Part shown: positions 39,461-48,205 of the stretch, piece after piece
How the letters are laid out: each line of letters starts with the position of its first letter
Numbering within the stretch: position 1 is the first letter of the stretch
NCBI GenBank assembly: GCA_965248265.1
Contig: CBDFJF010000002.1
Location: 2,368,001-2,432,000, forward strand
Direction: 5' to 3'
Length of the DNA: 64,000 nucleotides
DNA from: Candidatus Latescibacterota bacterium
GTDB taxonomy: Bacteria > Latescibacterota > UBA2968 > UBA8231
Translations under genes and position numbers: made by a program
Notes under the pieces: generated by a model
The model's input: the letters and a program-made list of their open reading frames with translations, nothing else
Told to the model about the DNA's origin: nothing
The model's database searches: none

Positions 39461-40258
39461 ATGGAATACAAAGAGCTGGGCAACACGGGATACAAGATTT
39501 CCGAAATTGGACTGGGCACCTCAAAATACACGGGAGGATCGGAGCCTCTCAGGAAGGGGATTGCGCTGGGCGTAAATCATATCGATACGGCCGAGGACTA
39601 TGAGACGGAAGACCAGGTTGGCGAGGCCGTTGCCGGGATGCGAGACCGCGCCTTTATCGCGACGAAGGTGTTTCCCAACCACTTCCGCTACGCTGATGTG
39701 CTCGAAGCGGCGGCGAACAGCCTCAGGCTGCTGTCCACCGACTACATCGACCTGTACCAGCTGCACAAGCCGAACTTCGACATCCCCATCGAAGAGACGA
39801 TGCGCGCGATGGACAAGCTGGTCGACGAAGGAAAGGTGCGCTATGTCGGCGTGAGCAACTTTTCCGTGGCCCAGCTCGAAGCAGCTCAGTCGGCGTCGCG
39901 CAATAGGATCGTCTCAAACCAGGTCCGCTACAGCCTGGGCGACAGGAGGATCGAGGACGAAGTGTTGCCCTACTGCCAGGAGAACAAAGTAACTGTAATC
40001 GCCTTCAGCCCGTTGAGGGCCATCTTGGGTTCCTCCGATCCCAAGACCAGTCCACAAAGTGCTGTCGAAGCCATCGCGGTGGCAACCAACAAGACCAAGG
40101 CACAGGTGGCCCTCAACTGGTGCACCTCGAAGCAGGGCGTCGTCGCGATTCCAAAGTCCAACTCGGTCGAGCGCACCGTCGAGAATTGCGGGGCTTCCGG
40201 ATGGCGACTCACCGCGGACCAGGTGAGCATGCTCGACGACGCTAGTCCCAGCGAATGA
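39461..40258 (+). CDS. Aldo/keto reductase
   Basis: IDTAEDY, IATK, DLYQLH, GVSNF, AIPKS. Confidence 0.92.
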   Translation: MEYKELGNTGYKISEIGLGTSKYTGGSEPLRKGIALGVNHIDTAEDYETEDQVGEAVAGMRDRAFIATKVFPNHFRYADVLEAAANSLRLLSTDYIDLYQLHKPNFDIPIEETMRAMDKLVDEGKVRYVGVSNFSVAQLEAAQSASRNRIVSNQVRYSLGDRRIEDEVLPYCQENKVTVIAFSPLRAILGSSDPKTSPQSAVEAIAVATNKTKAQVALNWCTSKQGVVAIPKSNSVERTVENCGASGWRLTADQVSMLDDASPSE

Positions 40259-42030
40259 TCGCCCGAGCCATCATTGCTCTGCAAACGTGCCTGCTGCTGT
40301 GCGCCTATGTTTCGTCGGTTCCGGTGGAGCTTGCCGCCAAAGAGCTGGACCTTCCGGTCTCAAAAAAGAAGATCATCTCCTTCCGCGGGCCCACCGCCAG
40401 GGGATTGGCCCGGGACATCGAAGAGATGGAGAGGCAGCTGCCGGGAATCGACGGCGTCGCCCTTTACCCGACCACGTATGGGAACGGGACGTCCACCGAG
40501 GCCAGCGGGCGCATGTTCCGCACGGACTGGCACCGGATCGAGCAGTTCGAGGAAGCCATCGAAGACCTGCAGGTGGCGAAGGCCAAGGCCACGCGCTACA
40601 AGCACAATTTCGTGCTGGGATACCTCACCACCGGCGACAAGACCAAGGAAGTGCCCGACTGGTTCGATGACGAGTTCGAAGCGGTCGTCAATAACTGGCA
40701 GGTGACCGCCGAGTACTGCAAACGGGGCGGGCTCGATGGGATCCTATTCGATGACGAGGCCTACTACGGCCTCAACCTGTGGTCCTACAGGCATGCCAAA
40801 TACAAAGAAACCAGATCGGCGAAGGAATACGCAGATCAGGCGTTCACACGCGGCGCCCAGATCATGCGTGCGATCAACCGCATCTATCCCGACATCCACA
40901 TCATTTCACTGCACGGTCCGAGCCAGACGGCCGGGGACTCCGACCCGGCTGCGAATTACGGTCTCATGCGCGCGTTCTTCGACGGACTGCTGTCTGAATG
41001 CACCGGCGGAGCCCGGATCGTCGACGGGCACGAAATGGCCTATGGCTATCGCGCACCCGTGACATTCGCCAACGCCCGACGGGTGATGAAGCAGACGATG
41101 CGAGACCTCAGCCGGGTGCCCCGAAAGTATGACGAGCACTGCCAGGCCGGATTCGCGTTCTTGATCGGTGTCTACGGCGAGCTGGGATTCAGCGAAAACT
41201 TCGTGAGCAATTACTACACACCAGACGAAATGACGTGGTCGCTGCATCAGGCACTCAAGTACAGCGACGAGTACGTCTGGCTGTACCCGCCCGGCTGCGA
41301 TCTATGGGAAAAAACCCGTAAACCCGGAATCGTGATGCCCCAGGCATACAGAGACGCGATCAGCGCGGCGCGCCAGGACCAACCTGAAATGCCCGTGCTG
41401 CGCAACCTCGACGCGCACGTCGCCGCGCACCCCGGCAGCGCCAAGCCCCCCCGGAAATTCGCCGCCCCGGTGCCAGGATACCCCGAAGACAGCGACGGAC
41501 GCGGCGGCCTAGGCACGGTGCTCGGATATGACGAACAGCAGACGTTTGGTGATCTGTGGGAGGACTACGTCGAGCTTGCGGAGCTGTCGCACCGATGGCG
41601 ATTCCGCATCGATCCGCTCAACGTGGGTTTGGAGGAGGGGTGGCACCAACCCGATGTCGGGGAGCTGGATTGGTTCTGGATCACCGACCTTCTGCCGTGG
41701 GACAACCACGGGTACCGGACGTACGACGGCTACGGCTGGTACCGCCAGACAATCGAGGTTCCGGTGTTGGCCGAAGGCAAGAAGGTCTATCTCGCCTTCG
41801 GAGCCGTCGCCCACGGCGCCGAAGTGTTCGTGAATGGCGCCAAATCCGGAAGCCACAACATGGACAGCTGGGCGTATGCCCACGGCAATCCGTGGAAACG
41901 GCGTTTTCTCATCGACGTGACCCCTCAGCTGCTGGGAGGCAGGCCAAACGTCATCACGGTCCGCGTCGTCGATTATGGACCATGGGGCGGGGGCATCTGG
42001 AAGCCGGTCAAGCTGATCGCGGAGCCGTAG
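40255..42030 (+). CDS. Secreted hypothetical protein with C-terminal GH2-type sugar-binding domain
   Basis: Signal-like N-terminus, GILFDDE, then WRFRID..YDGYGWYR..FGAV..VFVNG..GGIWKPV. Confidence 0.75.
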   Translation: MIARAIIALQTCLLLCAYVSSVPVELAAKELDLPVSKKKIISFRGPTARGLARDIEEMERQLPGIDGVALYPTTYGNGTSTEASGRMFRTDWHRIEQFEEAIEDLQVAKAKATRYKHNFVLGYLTTGDKTKEVPDWFDDEFEAVVNNWQVTAEYCKRGGLDGILFDDEAYYGLNLWSYRHAKYKETRSAKEYADQAFTRGAQIMRAINRIYPDIHIISLHGPSQTAGDSDPAANYGLMRAFFDGLLSECTGGARIVDGHEMAYGYRAPVTFANARRVMKQTMRDLSRVPRKYDEHCQAGFAFLIGVYGELGFSENFVSNYYTPDEMTWSLHQALKYSDEYVWLYPPGCDLWEKTRKPGIVMPQAYRDAISAARQDQPEMPVLRNLDAHVAAHPGSAKPPRKFAAPVPGYPEDSDGRGGLGTVLGYDEQQTFGDLWEDYVELAELSHRWRFRIDPLNVGLEEGWHQPDVGELDWFWITDLLPWDNHGYRTYDGYGWYRQTIEVPVLAEGKKVYLAFGAVAHGAEVFVNGAKSGSHNMDSWAYAHGNPWKRRFLIDVTPQLLGGRPNVITVRVVDYGPWGGGIWKPVKLIAEP

Positions 42031-42172
42031 GAGGAAGTCAGACACGTTCCCGTTCTACTGTGCGGTTTCACGGAGGTAGCCGGTCCCGACACGCCCTACG
42101 AGACAGAAACCTTCAACTGGCAGGCCAGGGAAAAAGACGAACGGTTTCCCCCGGACGACTACTGAGTGGGGC

Positions 42173-43603
42173 TCACTGCACGCCGGAGCTGCGGAAACTG
42201 TACAGGTGCGAGTCCCTCATCAAGAAGACCAGGCGGACATCGCGGCCCGCGAGTTCGCTCATGCTCCTGTCGCCGGGCCATCGGATCGTGGCGGCGTCCG
42301 TGTCGCCTCTGGCGGGATGGTTGCCCTCGAAGGGCGTTCGCCTGTCTCCCGAGAACCCCTCAATCGCCTGGCCATCCGCGTCCCATACCTCAACGAACAT
42401 CTCGCCGCCTTTGAGCCGTGGATCGGCGTCGAGCTCGCGCGTGGTCGAGGCGTTCAGCATCAGATCACCGCCTGGCCACTTCATCGGTTTCGTGACCAGC
42501 CTTCCGTCCATGTAGCCGGCGGAGACCGACACGAAGCGATCGACGGTGATCTCGGCGAGGCCAATGTTGCCGACTTTGTGGGGCCCTTTCTTCACATGGA
42601 TGTGGGAGCCGCTCTTGCCGCCGAAGTAGATCCTGAGCTGGTTGCCGTCCTGAACGGGACCACCCGACGCGCAGGTGGTCCAGCCGGCATTCCAGGGGAA
42701 GGTCGGGCCGATGAAGGCCTCCCGTCGCGGCGGCATGTGCCAGGTGTCGAGGTCATGACTCCAGACCAGCATGATCTCGAAGTGAGTGGGGGCCCCGAAC
42801 CAGCGCTCCGCCAGGCCGAGGTACATGTCGCCGTAGGGAAAGCCGACCATGCCGTGATATTGGACATCCGGCGGATCGAGCAGGTCTGACCTGAGGATGA
42901 TTTTTGTGTCGGAGAAGCTCTTGAGGTCGGCGCCCCGGGACATCCCGACGCTGCGCCGGGCGGGGCTCTGGTCCTCCTTGTAGGTGACGACGAATTCTCC
43001 GTTGACCTTGCGGGCCCACAGATAGTAGACGTCACTCCCGGCCAGGGCCCGGGTACCCTCGCGACCGGCCGTGAACTCGTGCATGTGCTCGGCGGGCGGA
43101 TAGGGCACGACGACATCGAGCTCGGTCCAGTGGTAACCGTCCTTGCTGACGGCTTCGTACATGCCGTAGACGGGGTGGCCCGTCTTGCTGGGACCGCGGT
43201 GCACCATCGTGCGAAAAGGGTACTCCTCGTCGTCGGGGTCGTAGTAGACGGACACGCAACGGCAGTGCGTGATGGCGATGTTGTTCTTCTTGCTGCCGCG
43301 GAATTCGTGAATGCCCAGCTCAGGTCGCGTCCAATGGAAGCCGTCGGTGCTGTCGGCGACGCACATGGCGGCGCGAAAGTCCGGTGAAGCCGTGGTGTAG
43401 TACATCCTCCAGGCGTCGCCGATTTTGAGCACCGTGCCGTAGAACGCGAGCGTCGTGCCCTCCCACGGCATCTCGGGGCGCATGACCGGCTCCGGATAGA
43501 GGTTCGGCTTGTGCCAGATGCGCGTGAGCATCGACTGCTCGTCGATCCAGGTGTCGTCGAGGAACAGCTGGCTCTTCGTGAGGTCGGGTTCGAGATGCGG
43601 CAT
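42173..43603 (-). CDS. GH32/GH130-like beta-propeller hypothetical protein, paralog 1
   Basis: QLFLDD, WRMYY, STDGFHW, DRFVSV..LYSF; RBS GGAG before 43603. Confidence 0.72.
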   Translation of the reverse strand: MPHLEPDLTKSQLFLDDTWIDEQSMLTRIWHKPNLYPEPVMRPEMPWEGTTLAFYGTVLKIGDAWRMYYTTASPDFRAAMCVADSTDGFHWTRPELGIHEFRGSKKNNIAITHCRCVSVYYDPDDEEYPFRTMVHRGPSKTGHPVYGMYEAVSKDGYHWTELDVVVPYPPAEHMHEFTAGREGTRALAGSDVYYLWARKVNGEFVVTYKEDQSPARRSVGMSRGADLKSFSDTKIILRSDLLDPPDVQYHGMVGFPYGDMYLGLAERWFGAPTHFEIMLVWSHDLDTWHMPPRREAFIGPTFPWNAGWTTCASGGPVQDGNQLRIYFGGKSGSHIHVKKGPHKVGNIGLAEITVDRFVSVSAGYMDGRLVTKPMKWPGGDLMLNASTTRELDADPRLKGGEMFVEVWDADGQAIEGFSGDRRTPFEGNHPARGDTDAATIRWPGDRSMSELAGRDVRLVFLMRDSHLYSFRSSGVQ

Positions 43604-43729
43604 CGAATGTTCTCCGGTAGTCTGTGTTTGCGTGGATGAGCTACACGAAATTCCGGCAGCTGTCAATCCCAGAGCTGGTCGGTACGGGGCGAAAACCGTG
43701 ATCCCCCCCTGGTCTTGCGAAATAGAGCC

Positions 43730-43981
43730 AACCGTTGAGAATGGCGACTTCTACGTGTCAGATGGGTATGGTCAACACCGGGTGCATCGGTTTTCCGCCG
43801 CAGGGGATCTGCTGCAGTCGTGGGGACAGGAAGGGCCGGAACCCGGCAATTTCACGCTGCCGCACAACATCGCCATGGCCCCGGACGGCACCATCGCGGT
43901 TGCTGACCGCGAGCCGAATCAGCGCATCCAGTTCTTTGATCTCGAGGGGAACTTCAAGAATGAGTGGCGGGGCCGGCTGGC
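43730..43981 (+). pseudogene. NHL-repeat (PAL-like) gene fragment cut at the repeat unit
   Basis: GDFYVSDGYGQHRVHRF..GNFTLPHNI..VADRE.NQRIQFFD; no N-terminus; ends at GCTTAG. Confidence 0.8.
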
Positions 43982-44563
43982 GCTTAGTGAGGATAAAATA
44001 GGTTGGGGGTATCCATTTAACCGGACTATACACTGAGTGTTGTAGTATCAACGCGGATTCCCGCATTTTCAGGAGGCAGAAAGTATAGATCGGATGCTCC
44101 TCGGAGCGTCGCTGGTAGTTGCTGAAAATGCGCTCGACAAACCGGCCCATAGCCACGGCGTGAGAAAGAACGGCTCCGAAGCGAGCGAAGAGGATGTTGT
44201 CTCGTAGGAGTTCCAGCTTGCCGAACGCCTCTACCCCTGCCGTATTGAGTTGCCATCTTCGGGGCGGATTTCCCCTTGGGGCTCGTTGGAATTGTCGAGC
44301 CGCCCTCAATGCTACACACGACGAAAGTACCGGCCCCGTTGATAAACGTCGACAGAATCGCCACGGGCGGGCATCTCATCCACTTTTGGGTCATCTTCTT
44401 ACTATTTTTCCGAGGGGTCATGGCAAAGAAAGACCACGAAGGGACGCAGGGGCCGGGTTCGACCTCAAGATCTGGTATCCAGTCCGATTAAATGGATACC
44501 CCCAAAATAGGTTATCGTTACTCAGTCAGTTATTTTGGCAATTTGCCAGCGTTGATGGCGGTT
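43982..44563 (+). repeat. dif-like repeat unit copy 1 (interrupted by the MITE)
   Basis: GCTTAGTGAGGATAAAATAGGTT at 43982-44004, resuming AAAATAGGTTATCGTTACTCAGTCAG..GATGGCGGTT at 44504-44563. Confidence 0.9.
44005..44503. mobile_element. MITE / internally deleted IS, 499 bp
   Basis: Inverted repeats GGGGGTATCCATTTAACCGGACT (44005-44027) and AGTCCGATTAAATGGATACCCCC (44481-44503), 1 mismatch; 10-bp duplication AAAATAGGTT at 43995-44004 and 44504-44513. Confidence 0.92.
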
Positions 44564-44564
44564 T

Positions 44565-44789
44565 GAGGAACCTCATCTCGGTCGCTACTGGGAATCGGAC
44601 GAACAGAATCAGGAGCGCTGGGACACGATTGTCGTCGACGATGACTTCCTGGATCTGTTGGACATCGGTATCGAGACCGGGACGCTGTCGCCCCAGGGTG
44701 GGAGACTGATGGATGGCGACACCTGTCTGCTCAACGAGGAGGCGGTTAGGCCTCAAGGTGAGGAAGGTGAACAGCTCGGCAGCGGCTGA
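44565..44789 (+). pseudogene. Internal fragment of a MacB-like ABC permease periplasmic domain
   Basis: Manual translation gives VVDDDFLDLLDIGIETG..DTCLLNEEAVR; it begins immediately after the repeat unit with no start codon. Confidence 0.55.
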
Positions 44790-44846
44790 ACGCCCGGAGG
44801 TGAAGGGGAGGTCTTCTCAGAAAGCCCTAAACCGCGGGAACCGCCA

Positions 44847-44895
44847 AATGTTACATAGGGTTTACAATGTTACATAGAGTTTAGAGTTTACATAG
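44847..44895. promoter_or_regulatory. Tandem AT-rich direct repeats upstream of the secreted protein gene
   Basis: AATGTTACATAGGGTTTAC / AATGTTACATAGAGTTTAG / AGTTTACATAG. Confidence 0.55.
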
Positions 44896-44959
44896 TCTGT
44901 CCGGTGCCAGTCCTATTTTCTCGACTGACCTTTGCACGCCAAGACCTGCGGAGTTGCCC

Positions 44960-47900
44960 ATGAGAAAGTGGTGGTCGGGGAGGTGCGTAGTCGCCGTGCT
45001 TGTGCTGGGAGCCTCCACCCCTCTACAGGCACAGAACCGGGAGGGGTACTCCCTGCGGGGCAATCGGATTTTCGTCGATCGGTCGCGGCACTGGGAGGAC
45101 TGGAACTTCCCCTCCTATCTGGTGCGCGTCGACTCCGACGGCTCCGTGCGTGCGCGCAACTTCCGCGGGATAACGGATCTCCTGCAAGATTCGACCGGCT
45201 TCGCTCGCCAGGTCACCGTGAACTCGCCCACTCCCCGCATCCTCAACATGGACAGCACCCGGGTGGTCGGCTCCACGGGAGAGTTCCTCAAGGACTTCAA
45301 TGACAACTTCGTCTACAGCTACCTCGTCAGACCGGGGGTGAGCCGCGCCGGCTCCAACATCCACCTGGCCGGTAACATCATCGACGGCGACCCGAACACC
45401 TACTGGGAGCCCGACCCGAACGACCCCATCGAGGACTGGTGGGTCGAGGTGGACGTGGGCCGGGTCGCCTACGTGGAACGGCTGCGCTTCTTCTTCGCCG
45501 AGAAGGGGATGGGCGACCCCTTCTACCAGTTCATCCTGTACCTGGGAAAAAGGCAGAGCAATCACCTGACGGACGATCCCACTCCTTCCTACACCGTCCT
45601 CAACCCGATCGAGCATGGGGGAAACGTCGATCAGCGGGCCTTCGTCTACGAGGCGGATCGCGTCAATGACGAGCTCCCCGAGGACCGGCGGGCTGACCCA
45701 GACCTGATTCTGGGGCGGTCTCCGACCGACTGGACCGGCACCTTGCTCGAGGTCGTCCGCTTCCAGATCACGGGTACGCGAGGCATACGGGCCGAGCTGG
45801 TCAGCCGGGAGGAATGGGAGGCCCTGCCTCCCGGCGAGCGGGGCGAGGTCATCTACTGGCTGCAGGATGGGACCTTCGAGGAACCGGTCGAGCCGGCAGT
45901 ATATGCGACTCTTGCGCCGGAACGGCAGGGCCGCATCGACCACTACCGCCGGGAGCTGCCCCGGCTGAGCGAGGTCGAGGCCTGGGGTTGGGGAGACGAA
46001 ATCGGCCAGGCGGCGCAAAGCGGCGGCGGGGTGGTTGAGCTGACCTCTCCCGGAAACCCCAGCCGGATCTTCGACGGCGACTACAATACCCACGTCCAGT
46101 TGAGGACCTTGGATCGCTTGCTTCCGGGGGGCAACACCCTGGATGTGGATCTGGGATCCGCCGTCTGGCTGGACCGGATGATCGTCATCGGCGGCCCCCG
46201 CGGTTTCATCGTCCGCGGATCCACCGGCGCCCGGGGGCTGGGCGGCTACTTCCAGTGGGAGCAGCTCAATCCGGACGAGTGGGAGGATCACCGCTTGAGC
46301 TACGAGCAGGTCGCCATCTTCGATCCGCCCCGCCAGGTCCGCCACCTGCAGATGATCGCCCTGGCCAACGCCGCCGACCGGAACGAGATCAGCAGCAAGT
46401 TCTGGCCGCGGATTCGGGCCATCATGCTCTTCTCCGCGGGCACTCCGGCCCAGACCATCCTCGAGTCCCCCGTGATCGAGCTGCCCCGCCTCTACAACAT
46501 CGGCACCGTGCGCTGGGTGGCGGACGAGCCCCCGGGGTCCGAAGTGACGATCCGCACCCGCACCGGCACCGAGCTGGTAGAGGAAATCCACTACTACGAC
46601 AGGAACGGCGTCGAGAAGACGGAGAAGGAGCACAAGCGCTTGCCCCGTTCCCTCAAGGGACTGATCGACACCGCCATCGTCGCCGGCCCCGGCTGGAGTC
46701 CGTGGAGCGAAGAGATCGAGGTGTCTGGGGGTCAGGCCAAGTCGCCGGGACCGCGCCGCTTCCTGATGATCCAGGCCCGCCTGCTCAGTCACGACCGCCA
46801 GGCCGTGCCCTCCATCGAGTCGCTCACCGTGGAGCTGCTGGCGCCGGTGGCGCAGCAGCTGGGGGCAGAGGTCTGGCCCGAGGTGGCGACGGCCGGCGTT
46901 CTGGACACCTTCGAGGTCTACGTGCAGCCGCAGTTTCTCGAGCAGCCGGACACGGACCGCAGTCCCGGCCTCGACGAGGTCTTGCTGCACGGCGACCCGC
47001 CCCTCGACCTGTACCTGGTCGACGCCGCACTCGGCACCGAGTCCGAGCTCGTCCGGGGCGGGCCCCACGTGCTCTTCGAGCGGAGGGCTGATGGAGGCCT
47101 ACGGAGCGCGGACGGCCAGACCCTGCGCGTGATCAGCGAGGGGGACTCCCTGTGGTTCCGCCTGCCGTCCCCCGTGGGCAGCGCCTCCTCCGAGCTGGTA
47201 GGCCGGAGCTACTACCGACGTCTCGAAGTCGGGGCGCAAGTGCCGGCCAACCTGGCCGACAATCTGTTGAGCGTCAATGGCTACCTCGGATTGCCCGAAG
47301 AAGAGCGTGGCGCGATACGGTACTACCGCCGGGTCGCTGGGGCGCTTGTCGAAGTGGACAACGAGGCATACTACGAGCTGCCCGAAGAAGAGCGGGTGCC
47401 GATCCGGTATTACCGCATCGTCACCAGTCTCGGACAACAGACCGTCTTCGACGCGCGCGGAGACACTCTGGACCGCATCGGCCACGCCCGGCTGGGCGCG
47501 GACGAGCGCGGCTGGGTAGTCGGCCCGGGACGGCTCCTGCGCCTGCGCTTTGCCACCGTGGCCTACCTTCAGAGCACCCGGTTGCGGCTGTCCGTGCGCG
47601 AGAGCAGCGCGGCGCCGGACTGGCAGACCGCCGACGGGCAGGACGTGACCGGCCTGCGGCCGGCGAGCACCCTCGTCATCGCGACCCCGCCCAAAGCCAA
47701 CGTCCTCGGCGACCTGGCCATCGCTGCCAATCCCCTCACCCCCAACGGCGACGGCATCAACGACGAGGCCCAGATCGCTTTCTCCCTGTTCCAGGTCGCC
47801 GCGGCCCGTCCGGTGGTCCTGCGCATCTTCACCTTGGGGGGTGACGCCGTGCGCAGGCTGGAACAGCAGTTGACGGGAGGACCGCAGAGCTTCGCCTGGG

Positions 47901-48022
47901 ACGGCCGCGACGACGGCGGCGATCTCGTGCCTCCCGGCCTCTACCTGTGCCAGATCGAGGCATCGACGGATGCCTTGGACAAGAAGCATAGGGAGACTCG
48001 CGTAATCGGTGTCGTCTATTGA
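44960..48022 (+). CDS. Large secreted protein with discoidin-like segments and C-terminal FlgD-Ig-like domain
   Basis: Signal peptide (..PLQAQ), IIDGDPNTYW, IFDGDYNT, NPLTPNGDGIND..WDGRDD.G..VPPGLY. Confidence 0.85.
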   Translation: MRKWWSGRCVVAVLVLGASTPLQAQNREGYSLRGNRIFVDRSRHWEDWNFPSYLVRVDSDGSVRARNFRGITDLLQDSTGFARQVTVNSPTPRILNMDSTRVVGSTGEFLKDFNDNFVYSYLVRPGVSRAGSNIHLAGNIIDGDPNTYWEPDPNDPIEDWWVEVDVGRVAYVERLRFFFAEKGMGDPFYQFILYLGKRQSNHLTDDPTPSYTVLNPIEHGGNVDQRAFVYEADRVNDELPEDRRADPDLILGRSPTDWTGTLLEVVRFQITGTRGIRAELVSREEWEALPPGERGEVIYWLQDGTFEEPVEPAVYATLAPERQGRIDHYRRELPRLSEVEAWGWGDEIGQAAQSGGGVVELTSPGNPSRIFDGDYNTHVQLRTLDRLLPGGNTLDVDLGSAVWLDRMIVIGGPRGFIVRGSTGARGLGGYFQWEQLNPDEWEDHRLSYEQVAIFDPPRQVRHLQMIALANAADRNEISSKFWPRIRAIMLFSAGTPAQTILESPVIELPRLYNIGTVRWVADEPPGSEVTIRTRTGTELVEEIHYYDRNGVEKTEKEHKRLPRSLKGLIDTAIVAGPGWSPWSEEIEVSGGQAKSPGPRRFLMIQARLLSHDRQAVPSIESLTVELLAPVAQQLGAEVWPEVATAGVLDTFEVYVQPQFLEQPDTDRSPGLDEVLLHGDPPLDLYLVDAALGTESELVRGGPHVLFERRADGGLRSADGQTLRVISEGDSLWFRLPSPVGSASSELVGRSYYRRLEVGAQVPANLADNLLSVNGYLGLPEEERGAIRYYRRVAGALVEVDNEAYYELPEEERVPIRYYRIVTSLGQQTVFDARGDTLDRIGHARLGADERGWVVGPGRLLRLRFATVAYLQSTRLRLSVRESSAAPDWQTADGQDVTGLRPASTLVIATPPKANVLGDLAIAANPLTPNGDGINDEAQIAFSLFQVAAARPVVLRIFTLGGDAVRRLEQQLTGGPQSFAWDGRDDGGDLVPPGLYLCQIEASTDALDKKHRETRVIGVVY

Positions 48023-48069
48023 GAAAAGCCCCGTCTTCACCCTTGTCCGTATCCCGCCGACGAGGGCGC

Positions 48070-48150
48070 CCTGCTACGACTTCGTCGACGGGCCAGTAGA
48101 GCTTCCTCAGGCTCAACGGGGGATCGACCCTTTTGCCGTGGCTTTCGCAT
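48070..48150 (-). pseudogene. N-terminal remnant of a glycoside-hydrolase-like gene (same family as 63281..63532)
   Basis: RBS AGGAGG + MRKPR, then HGKRVDPPLSLRKLYWPVDEVV in another frame. Confidence 0.7.
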
Positions 48151-48205
48151 AGTGATCCTCCTGTGGGCATTGGTTAACCTTTGACCGGCCGTGTCTGCAA
48201 GCTTC

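Noticed and set aside
43758-44421. ORFs inside the MITE as a transposase
   Set aside because: No DDE or HTH motif recognisable by eye; left unassigned.
45023-47068. Long antisense ORFs (also 60501..62804, 3131..4255, 4403..5248, 48665..49804)
   Set aside because: Shadow frames of high-GC genes with no recognisable motifs.
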